A stretch of 64,000 nt of DNA from Felis catus (GCF_018350175.1 NC_058373.1:111788001-111852000); one strand, 5' to 3'; shown: positions 10,701-22,359, counted from the stretch's first letter. Notes: generated from the letters alone by a model not told the origin. Numbers and translations are program-made.

Positions 10701-12222
10701 CTTTAGGATAAAACTACTTTTTTTTTTTTTTTTTTTAAGAATAAAAACATTTAGGCAGTTGGATTTCTCTGTCACTATTGCTCCTAACTGTAGTTGCAAC
10801 CATTCATATTAATTGTAATTTTTAACCAAAGCAACAAACTTCTCATTCATACAGAAAAGTGGGTGCAGGGTGATAACCGAGGACTTTCTGCCATGTAGCA
10901 GCAGGTCAACAGACTAGGAAAGCTTATGAATGAATACACTTTTGTGTAGTCATGCCCTTTTCTTTTACGTGTTCTTAAAGTAGCAAAAATAAATGTGTAT
11001 ATTAACCTGACCCATAGATATAGCCCCTCTAGAGCATATAATTAATTAATTATGAGTTGAGTATGCTATCTTACTTGGGAATTATCTAGATATTCAATGA
11101 CTATCCACTAATTAACTCAATTTAATACCAGTTCAAAATTTTAAGCTACCTAGGAATCTTGGAAGTGATCTTTAAGCTGCCATGCTATTTTATTCTTGAA
11201 ATAAAATTATGAAAATCAGAATTCAATTTTGTTGAACACAAATTTACATTTTATAAGAACCATAGGAAAAGTACACCCAAGTAGAATAGAATGTATGTTT
11301 TATTATGCTCCACACTGATAAAGAAGGCATAATTGTTCTTTTAAATCACACATATTAAACTAGTTTTATTTGCCAAAGATTTACCTTAATTATATCAACT
11401 TGGATTCTTAAAATGTCTCTGAGTTAGTTTCTGTAATTTTTTAAGTGTAGCACATTTAAAGCATTAGAAATTCATTCCCTCATTGCATTAAATTTTTAGG
11501 AATATTTGATTTGTATAAACACTTATTTTTCTCTTTAAATCAATCAGAATAGAGATTCTTTAAGATAACTGATAATGTAGTTTATAAAGACTTAAGGTAG
11601 AAATATTCCACACTTACACTGCAAGAGTTAAAGGCTTGAATACAGACATGGGCATACAGACACAAAGTGACCTTATAGATTCAATTCTATAATTTTTGCC
11701 ACAGGTTGAGACATAAGGAGCATAGAAACACACAAACTCATTGGTTCCGTTGTACCGAAGAGCTGTTCTCCTTGGTGGGCACAAAATTCTTTGAGCTTGA
11801 AATAGATAAATCAACAAATAAGACCAATCAACCAGATTCTCTTTCATCTTTTTACGTAACAGAAAATATATTTCTATAATTTATTAATCCATTTACAGAG
11901 ATCATTAAATGATCAAAACTATAAAATCAAATTCACAATCATTGCTTCTACCGTTGGAGAATTGCTTCTCAGGCACAAACAAAACACATGAAACAAAGCA
12001 AAACAAAACACAAAACTGGTAGAGAGGAAAATAAAAACTAGAGGGACGGAGTCAACAAAGTTCTATTGCTACTTCAGGTTCACCTCTGGGAACCAAGAAC
12101 TACATATCTGGGCTTCAGCTGTTCATAGGATGCACTTCTCTGGCAGTACAGTATCTCTTACTCTGTCAGGTGAATCCACTGGACACGTTGGTGGAAGATC
12201 TCTAAAGCTGGTAGAGAATAAC

Positions 12223-12270
12223 TTTTTTTTATTTTAGAGAGAGATCATGCAAGCAGGGGAGAGGGGAAGA

Positions 12271-12312
<42 letters not shown>

Positions 12313-12437
12313 ATCTTAAGCAGACTCCATGCTTAGCACAGAGCCTGACTCGGGCCTTGATCCCAAAATCCTGGGATCATGAACTGAGCCAAAATCAAGA
12401 GTCAGACACTCCACTGACTGAGCCACCCAGGTGCTCC
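12223..12437 (-). mobile_element. CAN-SINE with expanded (GA)n
   Basis: gaatcttaagcagactcc...tgagccacccaggtgctcc; TSD-like ag(a/t)ataacttttt flanks. Confidence 0.93.
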
Positions 12438-12445
12438 AAGATTAA

Positions 12446-12878
12446 CTTTTTTTAAAAAGGTAAAATCATGAATCTCATAGAAACATAAAATGAACATGCA
12501 AATAGTTCTACTTAATTCATTAATTAAATGAGATTACGAGTAAGATCTTATGACTGATTTGAAAGAAATTTCCAAGACCCAAGACACACACAGATGTTTG
12601 CATGAGTTTACAAATAAATACAGGGGGGGAAGAAAAATTAATTGTCCCTCTACCAGATGAAGTATACTTTAATGTTAATATGACGAAGTAGACTTCATGT
12701 TATCACTGTTATCAGTTGCCTAAATTTTACAGGATTGTAAAATAACTCAAAGACAATGAAAGGTGCAAACCCCACAAATCAGATAATCTAGAAACGTGGG
12801 CTTTATGCAACATACAGATTTCCATTGAAGATATACCACAGTCTCTTTTTCTTTGGTTCATTTCAAAGTCGTTCACAA
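12446..12878. repeat. Diverged direct repeat copy B (partner at 7176-7625)
   Basis: Collinear with copy A from ctttttt aaaaa g(g/a)taaaa(t/c)catga to catttcaaagtc..cacaa; offset about 5.26 kb. Confidence 0.85.
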
Positions 12879-12939
12879 ACAAAGCTCAAAAAGCATGAAA
12901 ACTACAAAGATTATACAAATCCTCAAAAAATTTTACAGC

Positions 12940-13050
12940 AAAACAGTTAAATTAAATGTGGATGGTCCATAGGTTTTAACACATCTGATTTGATGTGTAG
13001 TGGAATGAGGTCTTTCAAAGTCAAAGTGCCTGGGATCTATGAAGATTTTC
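12940..13050. mobile_element. hAT-Tip100 (Zaphod/MER115-like) right portion
   Basis: caaagtcaaagtgcctgggatctatgaaga resembles the recalled aaagtgcctagggcccacgaagg terminal region. Confidence 0.45.
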
Positions 13051-13248
13051 CTGGGGTTCATTGGGTGCTGGCACTGTGTTAAGCGTGGAGGGCTGATTGA
13101 GAAGAAGGGAGATTTGGGCCAACCCTTCAAGGAACATTCCATCACGGTGTACGAAAACCAAGGCACTATTCTGTCCCTTTTGGATTGTTCCCTATCTCTA
13201 GTGGTGCTATTCTCCAAGTCATTTTCTTTCTTTCTTTTTATGAACCGG

Positions 13249-13322
13249 TTTTATTTATTTTTATTTATTTTTTATTTTTAATGCTTATTTATTTTTGAGA
13301 GAGAGAGAGAGATCAGGGGAGG

Positions 13323-13364
<42 letters not shown>

Positions 13365-13483
13365 CCGAAGCAGGCTCCGTGATATCAAGGCAAATCCCGA
13401 CTTGGGGATGGAACCCATGAACCGTGAGAACATGACCTGAGCTAAAGCCAGACGCTCAACTGACTGAGCCACCCAGGTGCCCC
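13249..13483 (-). mobile_element. CAN-SINE
   Basis: (TTTA)n tail, (GA)n, gaatccgaagcaggctcc...tgagccacccaggtgcccc. Confidence 0.95.
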
Positions 13484-13489
13484 AAACCT

Positions 13490-13830
13490 TTTTAAATTGT
13501 GAAAACACACACATATACTGAAAAATACACACGCACACAAAGTAAAGAATAGCTTTTTATAAAATGAATGTCTATATAACCATGACCCAGCACCCAAACC
13601 TTCCAAATGTCTTTGTCTGCTGGCACCCCTCTTTATTGTCAGTGTCCTAATTTTGTGTAAGCCCATCTAGCCTTTTCTTTAGAGTTTTTGCACTTACATA
13701 TGTGTCTGAAAATGATACAGTTTTGTTTGGGCTAGTTTGAAGTTTATTATAAGTACTTCATTCATGTTATATTGCAAGATTCAGTCACATTTCTGGCAAA
13801 CTGCAATTTGCTAACTTTCATTGCTGTATA
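13490..13830 (-). mobile_element. Old L1 (L1ME-like) fragment
   Basis: aaatgaatgtctatataaccatgacccag...ttttgtttgggctagtttgaagttt...tttcattgctgtatag. Confidence 0.5.
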
Positions 13831-14011
13831 GCAAGATTTCTCAAAGCATTTTGATCTCAGGACCCCTTTACACTAGTAAAATTTTTGAGTAGCCCAAATA
13901 CCTTTTGTTTATGTGGGTTATACCTATTAATGTTTACTACATTAGAAATTAAGGTCCAACTTTAAAAAATGTTTGTATTCTAATTAATAAGTAACTCATT
14001 TTGAATAATTC

Positions 14012-14815
14012 ATCAAAGAGCTAAACATAGAATTACCATATGGTCCAATAATTCTACTCCTAGGTATATACACAAAATAACTGAAATCAGGGATTCGAAT
14101 AGATACTTGTACACCAATGCTCATTGCAGTATAATGCACAATAGTCAAAAGGTGGAACAACCCAAATGTCCATCAACAAGTGATTGAATAAATGAAATGT
14201 GCTATATACTTACAATGGAGTATTATTCAGCCAGGAAATGGAATGAGGTTCTTTTTTTTTTTTTTTTTTAAGAATTTTTAAATGTTTATTTATTTTGAGA
14301 AAGAGAGAGAGAGACAGAGAGACAGAGACAGAGACAGAGCATGAGTCGGGGAGGGGGAGAGAGAGAGGGAGACATAGAATCCGAAGCAGGCTCCAGGCTC
14401 TGAGCTGTCAACACAGAGCTCCATGCGGAGCTGAAACTCACAAACTATGAAATCATGACCTGAGCCAAAGTCAGACACTTAACCAGCTGAGCCACCCAGG
14501 CACCCTGGAATGAAGTTCTAATACATGCTACAACATGGATGCTCCTGGGAAAACATGCCAAGTGAAAAAAGCCAGACATAAAATATTGTATAATTCCATT
14601 ATATGACATATCTAGAAAAGGCAAATTCATAGAGACAGAAAGCAGGAGTGCACTGATTACCAAGGAGGGGAATGGAGAGTTATTGCTCAGTGGGTGTAAA
14701 GTTTCTGTTTGGAGTGATGTCACTAGTATCAAAAAACTGCATACTTAAAAATTGTTAAAATGGAAAATTTTGCGTTACACATATGTTAGCACCGTAACAC
14801 CAACAAAAAAATACT
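14012..14815 (+). mobile_element. L1 (L1MB-like) 3' end nested in Charlie1
   Basis: aaacatagaattaccatatg...caacccaaatgtccatcaac...ggcaaattcatagagacagaaag...A-rich end. Confidence 0.88.
14253..14505 (-). mobile_element. CAN-SINE nested in L1
   Basis: TSD tggaatga(g/a)gttct at 14239-14252 and 14506-14519. Confidence 0.97.
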
Positions 14816-14943
14816 GAAACTGTTACATGTTAACATACGTAAAATATTTTCTTAAAAAAGTAATTATTTTTTAAAAGTAAAAAAATAATGAGAAGAGTAA
14901 TATTGTTTTACGTGTCTTTAATATCTGGTTTAAGAGAAAACGG

Positions 14944-15147
14944 TTAAATTCTCATATCTGCTTCTTCACTTAATCCGTTGTGATATGTTGGCTTGGATGA
15001 AGTATATGAAGAAAATCTTGCTTCACACCAAAATGTAGTTGGAAAAAGGAGGAGTAGTTTAATAACTTTTGCAGATAAGTGTGGATATTCTTCTTTGATA
15101 TTATACCAGAACTTGGTAAGTGATAGTTTCTCAAATGTTATGTGCAA
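14944..15147 (-). pseudogene. hAT (Charlie/Buster) transposase C-terminal dimerisation-domain remnant
   Basis: FWYNIKEEYPHLSAKVIKLLLLFPTTFWCEARFSSY...EADMRI fits the hATC pattern FW...EYP.L...A...LL.F.TTYLCE..FS; short ORF with stops on both sides. Confidence 0.85.
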
Positions 15148-15711
15148 TGTGGAATCATATCCTTTGGTCTATCTTGCCCTTTGAGTGGATCGCTTACCTA
15201 CGCATGATTTCATAACATAACACATGGAGCATTTATCTTCTGTTGGTTCACTGAGTCATGCAGATCTTCCAAATGTTGATATATTTCATTATGCACTATC
15301 AAAAATCACATCAGTAAATATCACCACAAATCTCATCCAAAGATTCTCTAAGTTTTGGGAAACTTACCGTGGTGGGTACAAGTTTTCAAAAAATCTAATT
15401 TTTGCTTGAAATCTTGGATTTATTTATTGGCAACAAATGCTGTCTTTTTCTCCCTTAAGCTCATTTTGTTAATACTCAAGAAAATATCTGCCAAACTCCC
15501 AAGTTTGAAAAACAATTTTTGGTATGTCAGTTGGCTTTTTTTTTCCTAAATAAAAACTGGTATTTCATGGGGAAAAAATGTATAGTTTAGTTCACAACTT
15601 AAGAAATTGCACACGGGTTTGTCTTCAAGGCAGATATTATACTTCACACGCAGCAAAAGAGCTTTTTGTGCATGTTTCCCATCTTGTCATACAGAATATT
15701 AAAAAAAAATA

Positions 15712-17385
15712 ACGCTTTTGGAGGGAAATTTGGCAATACCTAACAATAACATGTGCACTTTTTAAAAGTTTATTTATTTATTTAGAGAGAGACAGAGAAA
15801 GTGTGAGTGGGGAAGGGGCAGAGAGAGAGGGAGAGAGGGAGAATCCTAAGCAGGCTCTGTGTGGTCAGTGCACAGAGCCTGATTTGGGGCTTGAACTCAT
15901 GATACTGAGTTTATGACCTGAGCCAAAATCAAGTTGGACACTTAACCAACTGAGCCACCCAGATGCCCCATATGTACTTACTTTTGGTTCAATAATCCTA
16001 TTTCTAGGAACCTACCCTGAAGATACACTTCAACAATATAAAAAATGCATATGTACATGTTTGTTTATCATAGTGTTGTTTACAATTGTAAAAAAAAATG
16101 GAAACAACCTAAATGCCTCTACATAGAATAGTGGTGTGATTAATTATGGCACATCTACAAAATGGAGTACTATATAGCTGTCTAAAAGAATGAAGAAGAT
16201 GTATAAGAATTGATTTGGAGAGATTTCCAGGATGTACTGTTAAGAGCAAACAACAACAACAAAAACAAACAAACAAAAAAACAAAAACAAAAACAAAAAA
16301 CAAAAAAAAAAGACCCCCAAAGAGCAAAAGAGTGTCTATAGTTTGCTTCTCTTTATATAAGAAAGTAAGGATATAAAGAACACACATATATCTCCTTATT
16401 TGTGCAAAATAATTCAAGAAAGATAAATGAGATTGATTCTCTTAAGGTGGTGGGTGGAAAAGTGGTGAGGAGAAGGGGGATGGGAATGTGGTAATGAATG
16501 AAGAACAAGTGACACTTCCCTGAGTATGCCTTTTTGTACAGGCTTAGCTCTTAGAATCAGTATATCTTACACACACTTCAAAATAGAAACAAATAAATAA
16601 AAACAGCCAGGATATAGGAGAAGCCAAAGTTGGAACACAAACCTAACTGTTTAAAAATGAAAAACACTGAAGAGGAAAGGGAAAGAAAAAATATCCACCT
16701 GCACAAGTCTAGAAAACAGTTATGTTGACTGAATTCTATAAGGCTAAAGACAAAAGAAACTGCACACAGTTACAGTACTCTACTTGGTAAATCTGTTTCT
16801 CACGGGACTGTGTTAGCAATTCTGCAACTACTTTATGCTTATACTAGGATTGAATAAGTAAGTGTAGATAATGAGAATCAGATTTCTCACTGTCGGAGAA
16901 AGAAGTTATAAATAAGGAACACAGAAATACTGGAATAAGCCTTGTGGGTTATTTTGGATTGGAATCGGAAGTATTGCTAGGAACTCATGATTTTTTAAAT
17001 ATAAATACAGATAGAAAGATACAGATATCAATATAAATGTGTGTGTATGCGTGGCTTCATCTTAACTCTCTATGTTGAGAGGGCCCCCAAAACAATGAGT
17101 GCATTTAATTTCCAGATTTGGTTTCTCTAATAAAAGAAAGCAGGGTTACATGGGAAAATGGTAGATTATAGGACTGGGGCATAAAAAATGCAAAATGAGC
17201 TTAGAACACTTTGTGGTACCGGGAAAAAAAATGTGCTTGGCAAGGAATAGGGATATGTTAAGAAGATATGGGGACCCACCTGAAGGAGAAACCAGTGGCC
17301 AAATTTGGAACAATGTGAGCAACAAAATAAACAATGATAGAATTGGGTTGAAACAAATATCTATTGGTCCATATTCAAGAAGGTA
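15712..17385 (+). mobile_element. L1 (L1MC/L1MD-like) ORF2 end and long 3' UTR
   Basis: tttggagggaaatttggcaata...ggaaacaacctaaatgcc...gaaagaagttataaataagg...ggccaaatttggaacaat; contains a SINE and an (AAAC)n tract. Confidence 0.75.
15761..15969 (-). mobile_element. CAN-SINE nested in L1
   Basis: Body in reverse; TSD-like atgtgcactt/atatgtactt. Confidence 0.95.
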
Positions 17386-17430
17386 GGTAGGAAGGAAGGA
17401 AGGAAGGAAGGAAGGAAGGAAGGAAGGAAG
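17381..17430. repeat. (GGAA)n microsatellite
   Basis: aggt repeats followed by ~10 ggaa units. Confidence 0.95.
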
Positions 17431-17496
17431 AATAGTTTTTTCTTACAGAAAAACCCTATATTCTTCAAGGAGTCAGGCATTCTTGAATAATTAGGT

Positions 17497-17690
17497 ATGG
17501 CAGGCAGAAAAATGGTCCCCAAAGATGTTCACGTACTTGTCTCCAGTTTTGCAAATATGTCAGCTTACATGGCAAAAAGACTTTATAGATGTGATTAAAA
17601 TAAGGACTTTGATTTGGGGAGACTATCCAGCATTGTCTGGGTGGACCCAAGATAATCATAAGGGTCCTTAGAATTAATGTTGCATCTATA
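17497..17690 (+). mobile_element. MLT1 LTR 5' fragment
   Basis: tggcaggcagaaaaatggtccccaaagatgttcac...ttacatggcaaaaagacttt..agatgtgattaa...taatcataagggtcctta. Confidence 0.8.
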
Positions 17691-18721
17691 AGGAACTTCC
17701 TAAAAAAATATAACAGGTTACATAACCAACAAATTAGTGAGAGGGTCCAGTGATAGGATAAAAAACAAACAAAAATCTTGATTAATCTAAAAAAGGGCAA
17801 AAAGGAACACAGAACAATGGACAAGTAGAAAACATATAGTAAAACAGTCATTTTAAATCCAAGATATGGAGTGAACTGGAAAAAGCAAGATGCTGAACTA
17901 TATGCACCTATTAAGGAATTTTTTATAAGCTCGTCAACTCTGTGAATGTTTCTGGAAGAACATATAGCATTTCACAGAGGGTCTCAGATGAGGGCAAGGC
18001 TTCTCCTTTGCTATTTGCCTCTATTTGAAATGTCTGACCATGTGAATGAACTACATTTCCAATTTTTAAAATGTTAATTAAAATAAATATTTATTGAAGG
18101 AACACACGGGATATGAAAATTCATTGAATAGACACCTTTTGGGTTTAAATTTAGATTTTCTCTTCCCTCTCCCCCCACCCAATCTTCTCTCCCCTTCTTC
18201 TTCCCTTTCTTCTTTTAACATATTGTGCCCACAAGGGGATTAAAGTGGCTTAATTAAAATATTGCAATTTAAGAAGAACACATTGACTCTACCCTTTGAG
18301 AAATTCATTTCAGGAGCTGATCCTTGGTGCTTGGCACAGGAGGCTGCCTCACCAAGGAGTAGGCTGTCTCTGAGTGGACAGGAAACTGTTTTCTTCTTAG
18401 GATAAGCTTGAAATTAGCCTGATTTTGGGGGTGGGGTGTGGTGGGAAGGGGATTGGTTTCTAGTGACCTTTAAGACCAAACTTAAATGTTTGCATGTATT
18501 ATTTTTTTTTTTCATTCTGTAAGCTTTTATTGGCTGCATACTGTAAGCCATGGACATGTCAGTGTTTGAGGAGGCAGAAGAGACTTTTACAACCTCAGCT
18601 TTTCATCAGTAGGCAATGATGAATTGCTTGTCTGATAGACAAGTGGTATGGTAGTAAGACAGCCAGAATTCCTAGCATTAATAACTTCCGTCTCTCCTTC
18701 ATGAGATCAGTGGCTACAAAA

Positions 18722-19221
18722 CAGGGTCAGCTAATGACAGCTCATGGCCAAAGCCGACTTAGGACCAAATCCAGTTTGTGGTCAAATCAGGCCACTGTCT
18801 CTTTTTGGTTTTTGGGTTTTTTTTTGTTGTTGTTTAATTTTTTTTAACGTTTTATTTATTTTTGAGACAGAGAGAGACAGAGCATGAACGGGGGAGGGGC
18901 AGAGAGAGGGAGACACAGAATCGGAGGCAGGCTCCAGGCTCTGAGCCATCAGCCCAGAGCCCGACGCAGGAGCTCGAACTCACGGACCGCGAGATCGTGA
19001 CCTGAGCTGAAGTCAGACACTTAACCGACTGAGTCACCCAGGCGCCCCAACCACTGTCTCTTTTTGTAAATAAAGTTTTATTGAAACACAGCCACATCCA
19101 TTTGTTTATATATTGTCTATGGTTGCTTTCACACTAAAACAACAGAGTTGAATAGTTATGACTTTCGAAGCCTGAAATACTTATTCTCTGGCCCTTTACA
19201 GAAAAAGTTTGCTGACCCTCG
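18722..19221 (+). mobile_element. MER58A-like hAT-Charlie element split by a SINE
   Basis: cagggtcagc start; gtaaataaagttttattgaaacacagccac; tggccctttacagaaaaagtttgctgaccc end. Confidence 0.88.
18808..19048 (-). mobile_element. CAN-SINE (young, CpG-rich)
   Basis: Perfect 16-bp TSD ccactgtctctttttg at 18792-18807 and 19051-19066; many CpGs retained. Confidence 0.97.
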
Positions 19222-19895
19222 TCAGAAACTCACACAAAGCAAAGAAGAGTCCAATATGTCATCTGGAGATACATCCAACTAAACTTGTCTTAGTAGGGAT
19301 TGGGAGACAGAAAGCCTCCCAAAGTCATGTAGTCTGGTGGTTGTTTGGGACTGAACCTTGGCATTCTTCAGGGTGCACTCTTCCTAGGAGAGCTCATGTA
19401 TTAGAAGAGCATACACGGGCAGAATAACGGAGTTCAGCAATGAGTAAAGCCAGAGCAGATTCCACCCACATCTCCTTTTCTTGGCCAGTTGTATGAGAGA
19501 AGATGGATAAATGTCTTAAGTCTGTACCCATGGGTGCAGCAGCTAAAAGTATTGGATTTGATCAGCACTTAGCTGCATGAACAAATCATGAAAACTTATT
19601 GTGTGAAAAAAAGTAGTGTTTATGTCAAAGCTGTTTATGTCACACATAGACGGCTGCAGATCAACAATTTACATCTTGTTATATCATTTACAAGCAACAA
19701 GATCTACATTAAACACATTGCCTTGTGGGAAGAAGACAAAGGGAGTGGCTGTGGGAGTAAGAGTGAATCACTCAACTTGTAAGACAATGGAGAGGCCTCA
19801 CCTGGACAAGTGATGACCATGTGCCAGGAGCAGAGGGGTTAACCAACTCAGCCCTCAGCACCTGAGGTCCTAGGACAACAAAATAACAACCAAAT

Positions 19896-20090
19896 AGAAG
19901 GAAGGAAGGGAGGGAGGGAAGGGGGGGGGGAAGGAGGGGAGGAGAAAAGACAAGGAAGGAAGGAAGGAAGGAAGGGAGGGAGGGAGGTAGAGAGGGAGGA
20001 AGGAGGGAGGGAGGGAGGAAGGAGGAAGGAAGGAGCAAGTGGGGAAAGGGGGAAGGAGGGAAAGAGAGAGGAAGAAAGGAACAAGATAGA
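19896..20090. repeat. Polypurine (GGAA/GGGA)n low-complexity tract
   Basis: ~190 bp almost pure A/G. Confidence 0.95.
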
Positions 20091-20198
20091 AAGAACCTGG
20101 AGACATATTCTGATTCTGTTATAACTCTGGCAACTAAATAGATTTATGATCTTGTGACGGCTATCAAGACTCAGCTTCCAAATAAGCCAGAGTCTGAA

Positions 20199-20232
20199 TG
20201 GTGGAGGCGGTGATGGTGATGGCGATGGTGAT

Positions 20233-20275
<43 letters not shown>

Positions 20276-20326
20276 GTGTGCGTGAGAGAGAGAGAGAGAG
20301 AGAGAGAGATTGAGGGAGAGGGAGAG
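20199..20326. repeat. Compound microsatellite (GATGGT)n-(TG)n-(GA)n
   Basis: Directly visible. Confidence 0.95.
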
Positions 20327-21458
20327 GTACGGAAAGGTTGGAGCTATGGGGACTCCAAGACAAATGGGGTCCAGTTCAATCCTCAGAGAAGGGGGCCAGT
20401 CTAAGGTAGGTAGGCTGCAAGAGTCCTAGGAAAGTTGGAGTTCAAGCCCCAGTTGGGATCCACAGCCCAGCTGAGAGCCTGCTACTCTGGTGATGGGGTT
20501 TGGCACATGGTGAGGGTCAGGGGAGAAGACTCCAGCTCTTTGGATACTCATGTCAGGTATATCAGGTTGTAAACGTAGTCCATTCTGGGGAGTGAGTTCT
20601 GAATACAATACTAGGTTCCTATGGACTCAGGGACTGAGCAGAAGCCTTGGGCAACAATGGGTGAAAAGTCTTCAGAAGCAATCTTTGGATTCTTTGGACT
20701 CTTTGATTTTCCATCATCATCCTTCTGCACTTAATGTCCCAAAGTGGGGTTATAATACCTGTTCTGACTACCTCACTGGACTATTTTGCTGATCGGGTGA
20801 GATGGCGTGCATGGCACCTCTGGAAAACCAAAGCAGCCCGCACCTTAGTCATTAATACGTTCAAGCAACTTAGAGAGTAATTCTCCCTTCCTATCTACTC
20901 CGTTAGCTCAGTTTGCTGGGGAGAAAGAAGAGAAAAAAAAAAAGGAGCAGGTAAAGTCTCCAAACTGCCAATTGACTCTGAAAGGCTTGAGAGAAAACCC
21001 AACAGCTGTTGTTATTTTGGTAATTTTCTTCAAAAGGAATATGTATTCTTACAACTAGTTTCATCCTTAAATTCTCAAAAATTAAATCGGTCCTTTCCCT
21101 TAGTTTTCAAACATTTATGAGCTGTAGCTCAGGACTGCCCAGTTTGCAGCTGGCTCCCTGTGGGCTGTCCGCACTGCTGACACTGGAGCTTTATCTGGTT
21201 GTGATCTGTCAGCTTCCACACACAAGAGACATGGAGAATTTATTGAAGTTCACAAGCCAGTGGGCTTCATGTATAAGGAAAGAAATACTAAGATCATTGT
21301 TTTAGAAGAATACAATAAATACGGTAGTATCATTTTCTGTTATCAAGCAATTTAATACATTTCTAAAATACACTTTTCTCATTTAAAAAATAATTTGAAA
21401 ATTACAGCAGAGCCTAAGAAGAAAGTAAAATTCATTTGTAATCCCGCTGATATTCGGG

Positions 21459-21459
<1 letters not shown>

Positions 21460-21494
<35 letters not shown>
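21460..21494. repeat. (CA)n microsatellite
   Basis: ~17 CA units. Confidence 0.95.
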
Positions 21495-21496
<2 letters not shown>

Positions 21497-21635
21497 ATGT
21501 ATTACACATATTATATTCAGTTTTGCAACATCAGGTTCAAATGGCATGTACAATTCTGTGATCCACTGCTTTTAAATATACTATTTCATTACCAGCATCT
21601 TTTTATGTTACCAAATTTTCCTCAATAACATTTTC

Positions 21636-21849
21636 TTAAAAAAAATTTTTTTAATGTTTATTTATTTTTGGGAGACAGAGCGACAGAGTGGGGGAAGGGC
21701 AGAGAGAGAGGGAGACACAGAATCTGAAGCAGGCTCCAGGTTCTGAGCTGTCAGCACAGAGCCTGACACGGGGCTAGAACCCATGAAGCACTGGATCATG
21801 ACCTGGGCTGACGTTGGATGCTCAGCCAACTGAGCCACCCAGGCGCCCC
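21636..21849 (-). mobile_element. CAN-SINE inserted in the tail of the adjacent SINE
   Basis: Complete body ending aggcgcccc; lies inside the TSD pair of the next SINE. Confidence 0.95.
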
Positions 21850-21852
21850 ATC

Positions 21853-22063
21853 ATTTTATTTTTTAAACGTTTATTTAGTTTGAGAGAAAGCGAGAATGTG
21901 ACTGGAAAGAGGGGCAGAGAGAAAGGAGAGAGAGAATCTCACACACGGTCTGCACTGTTAGTGCAGAGCCTGACATGGGGCTCCATCCCACAAACCATGA
22001 GATCATGCCCTGAGCTGAAATCAAGAGTCTGATTCTTAACCGACTGAGCCACCCAGGTGCCCC
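21853..22063 (-). mobile_element. CAN-SINE
   Basis: Outer TSD ctcaa(t/c)aacat at ~21621 and ~22063. Confidence 0.93.
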
Positions 22064-22136
22064 TCAACAACATGAGTTTTAAGTACCCAATACTATTCCA
22101 TCATATACATGTGCCACAGTTGATTGACCTTTCCTT

Positions 22137-22359
22137 TCTTTAAAAAAATTTTTTTTAATCTATTTATTTTTGAGAGAGAGAGAGAGACAGAGCACGAGCA
22201 GGGGAGGAACAGAGAGAGAAGGAGACACAGAATCCGAAGCAGGCTCCAGGCTCTGAGCTGTCAGCACAGAGCCCAACTCAGGGCTCAAACCCACGAACTG
22301 CAAGATTATGACCTGAGCCAAAGTTGGACGCTTAACTGACTGAGCCACCCAGGCACCCC
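22137..22359 (-). mobile_element. CAN-SINE
   Basis: Complete body; accttt TSD-like flanks. Confidence 0.95.

Larger units (their letters stand above)
7660..12200 (-). mobile_element. Degenerate ERV1 MER4/MER34-group-like non-autonomous internal region
   Basis: ttggcttgattgtttacataaattcagcaag; gggtgaattcctctc...ggttcctggtctgctaggaagtg...ccaggccagctttcc; attctcaaatataacac resemble recalled MER4/MER34-int sequence; no intact gag/pol/env ORF; interrupted by SINEs and a Charlie piece. Confidence 0.6.
13830..15705 (-). mobile_element. Charlie1-type hAT DNA transposon remnant, interrupted by L1 and SINE
   Basis: Terminal tttctcaaagcattttgatctcaggacccctttacact...ttttgtttatgtgggttata; resumes ~14816; encodes a transposase fragment. 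Confidence 0.85.

Noticed and set aside
7660..12200. Coding-competent endogenous retrovirus
   Set aside because: No gag, pol or env ORFs or motifs in the ORF track; AT-rich, decayed and interrupted by several insertions.
19772..20404. Overlapping ORFs up to 171 aa rich in P/S/L, HT and VC repeats
   Set aside because: They are open only because they read through microsatellites.
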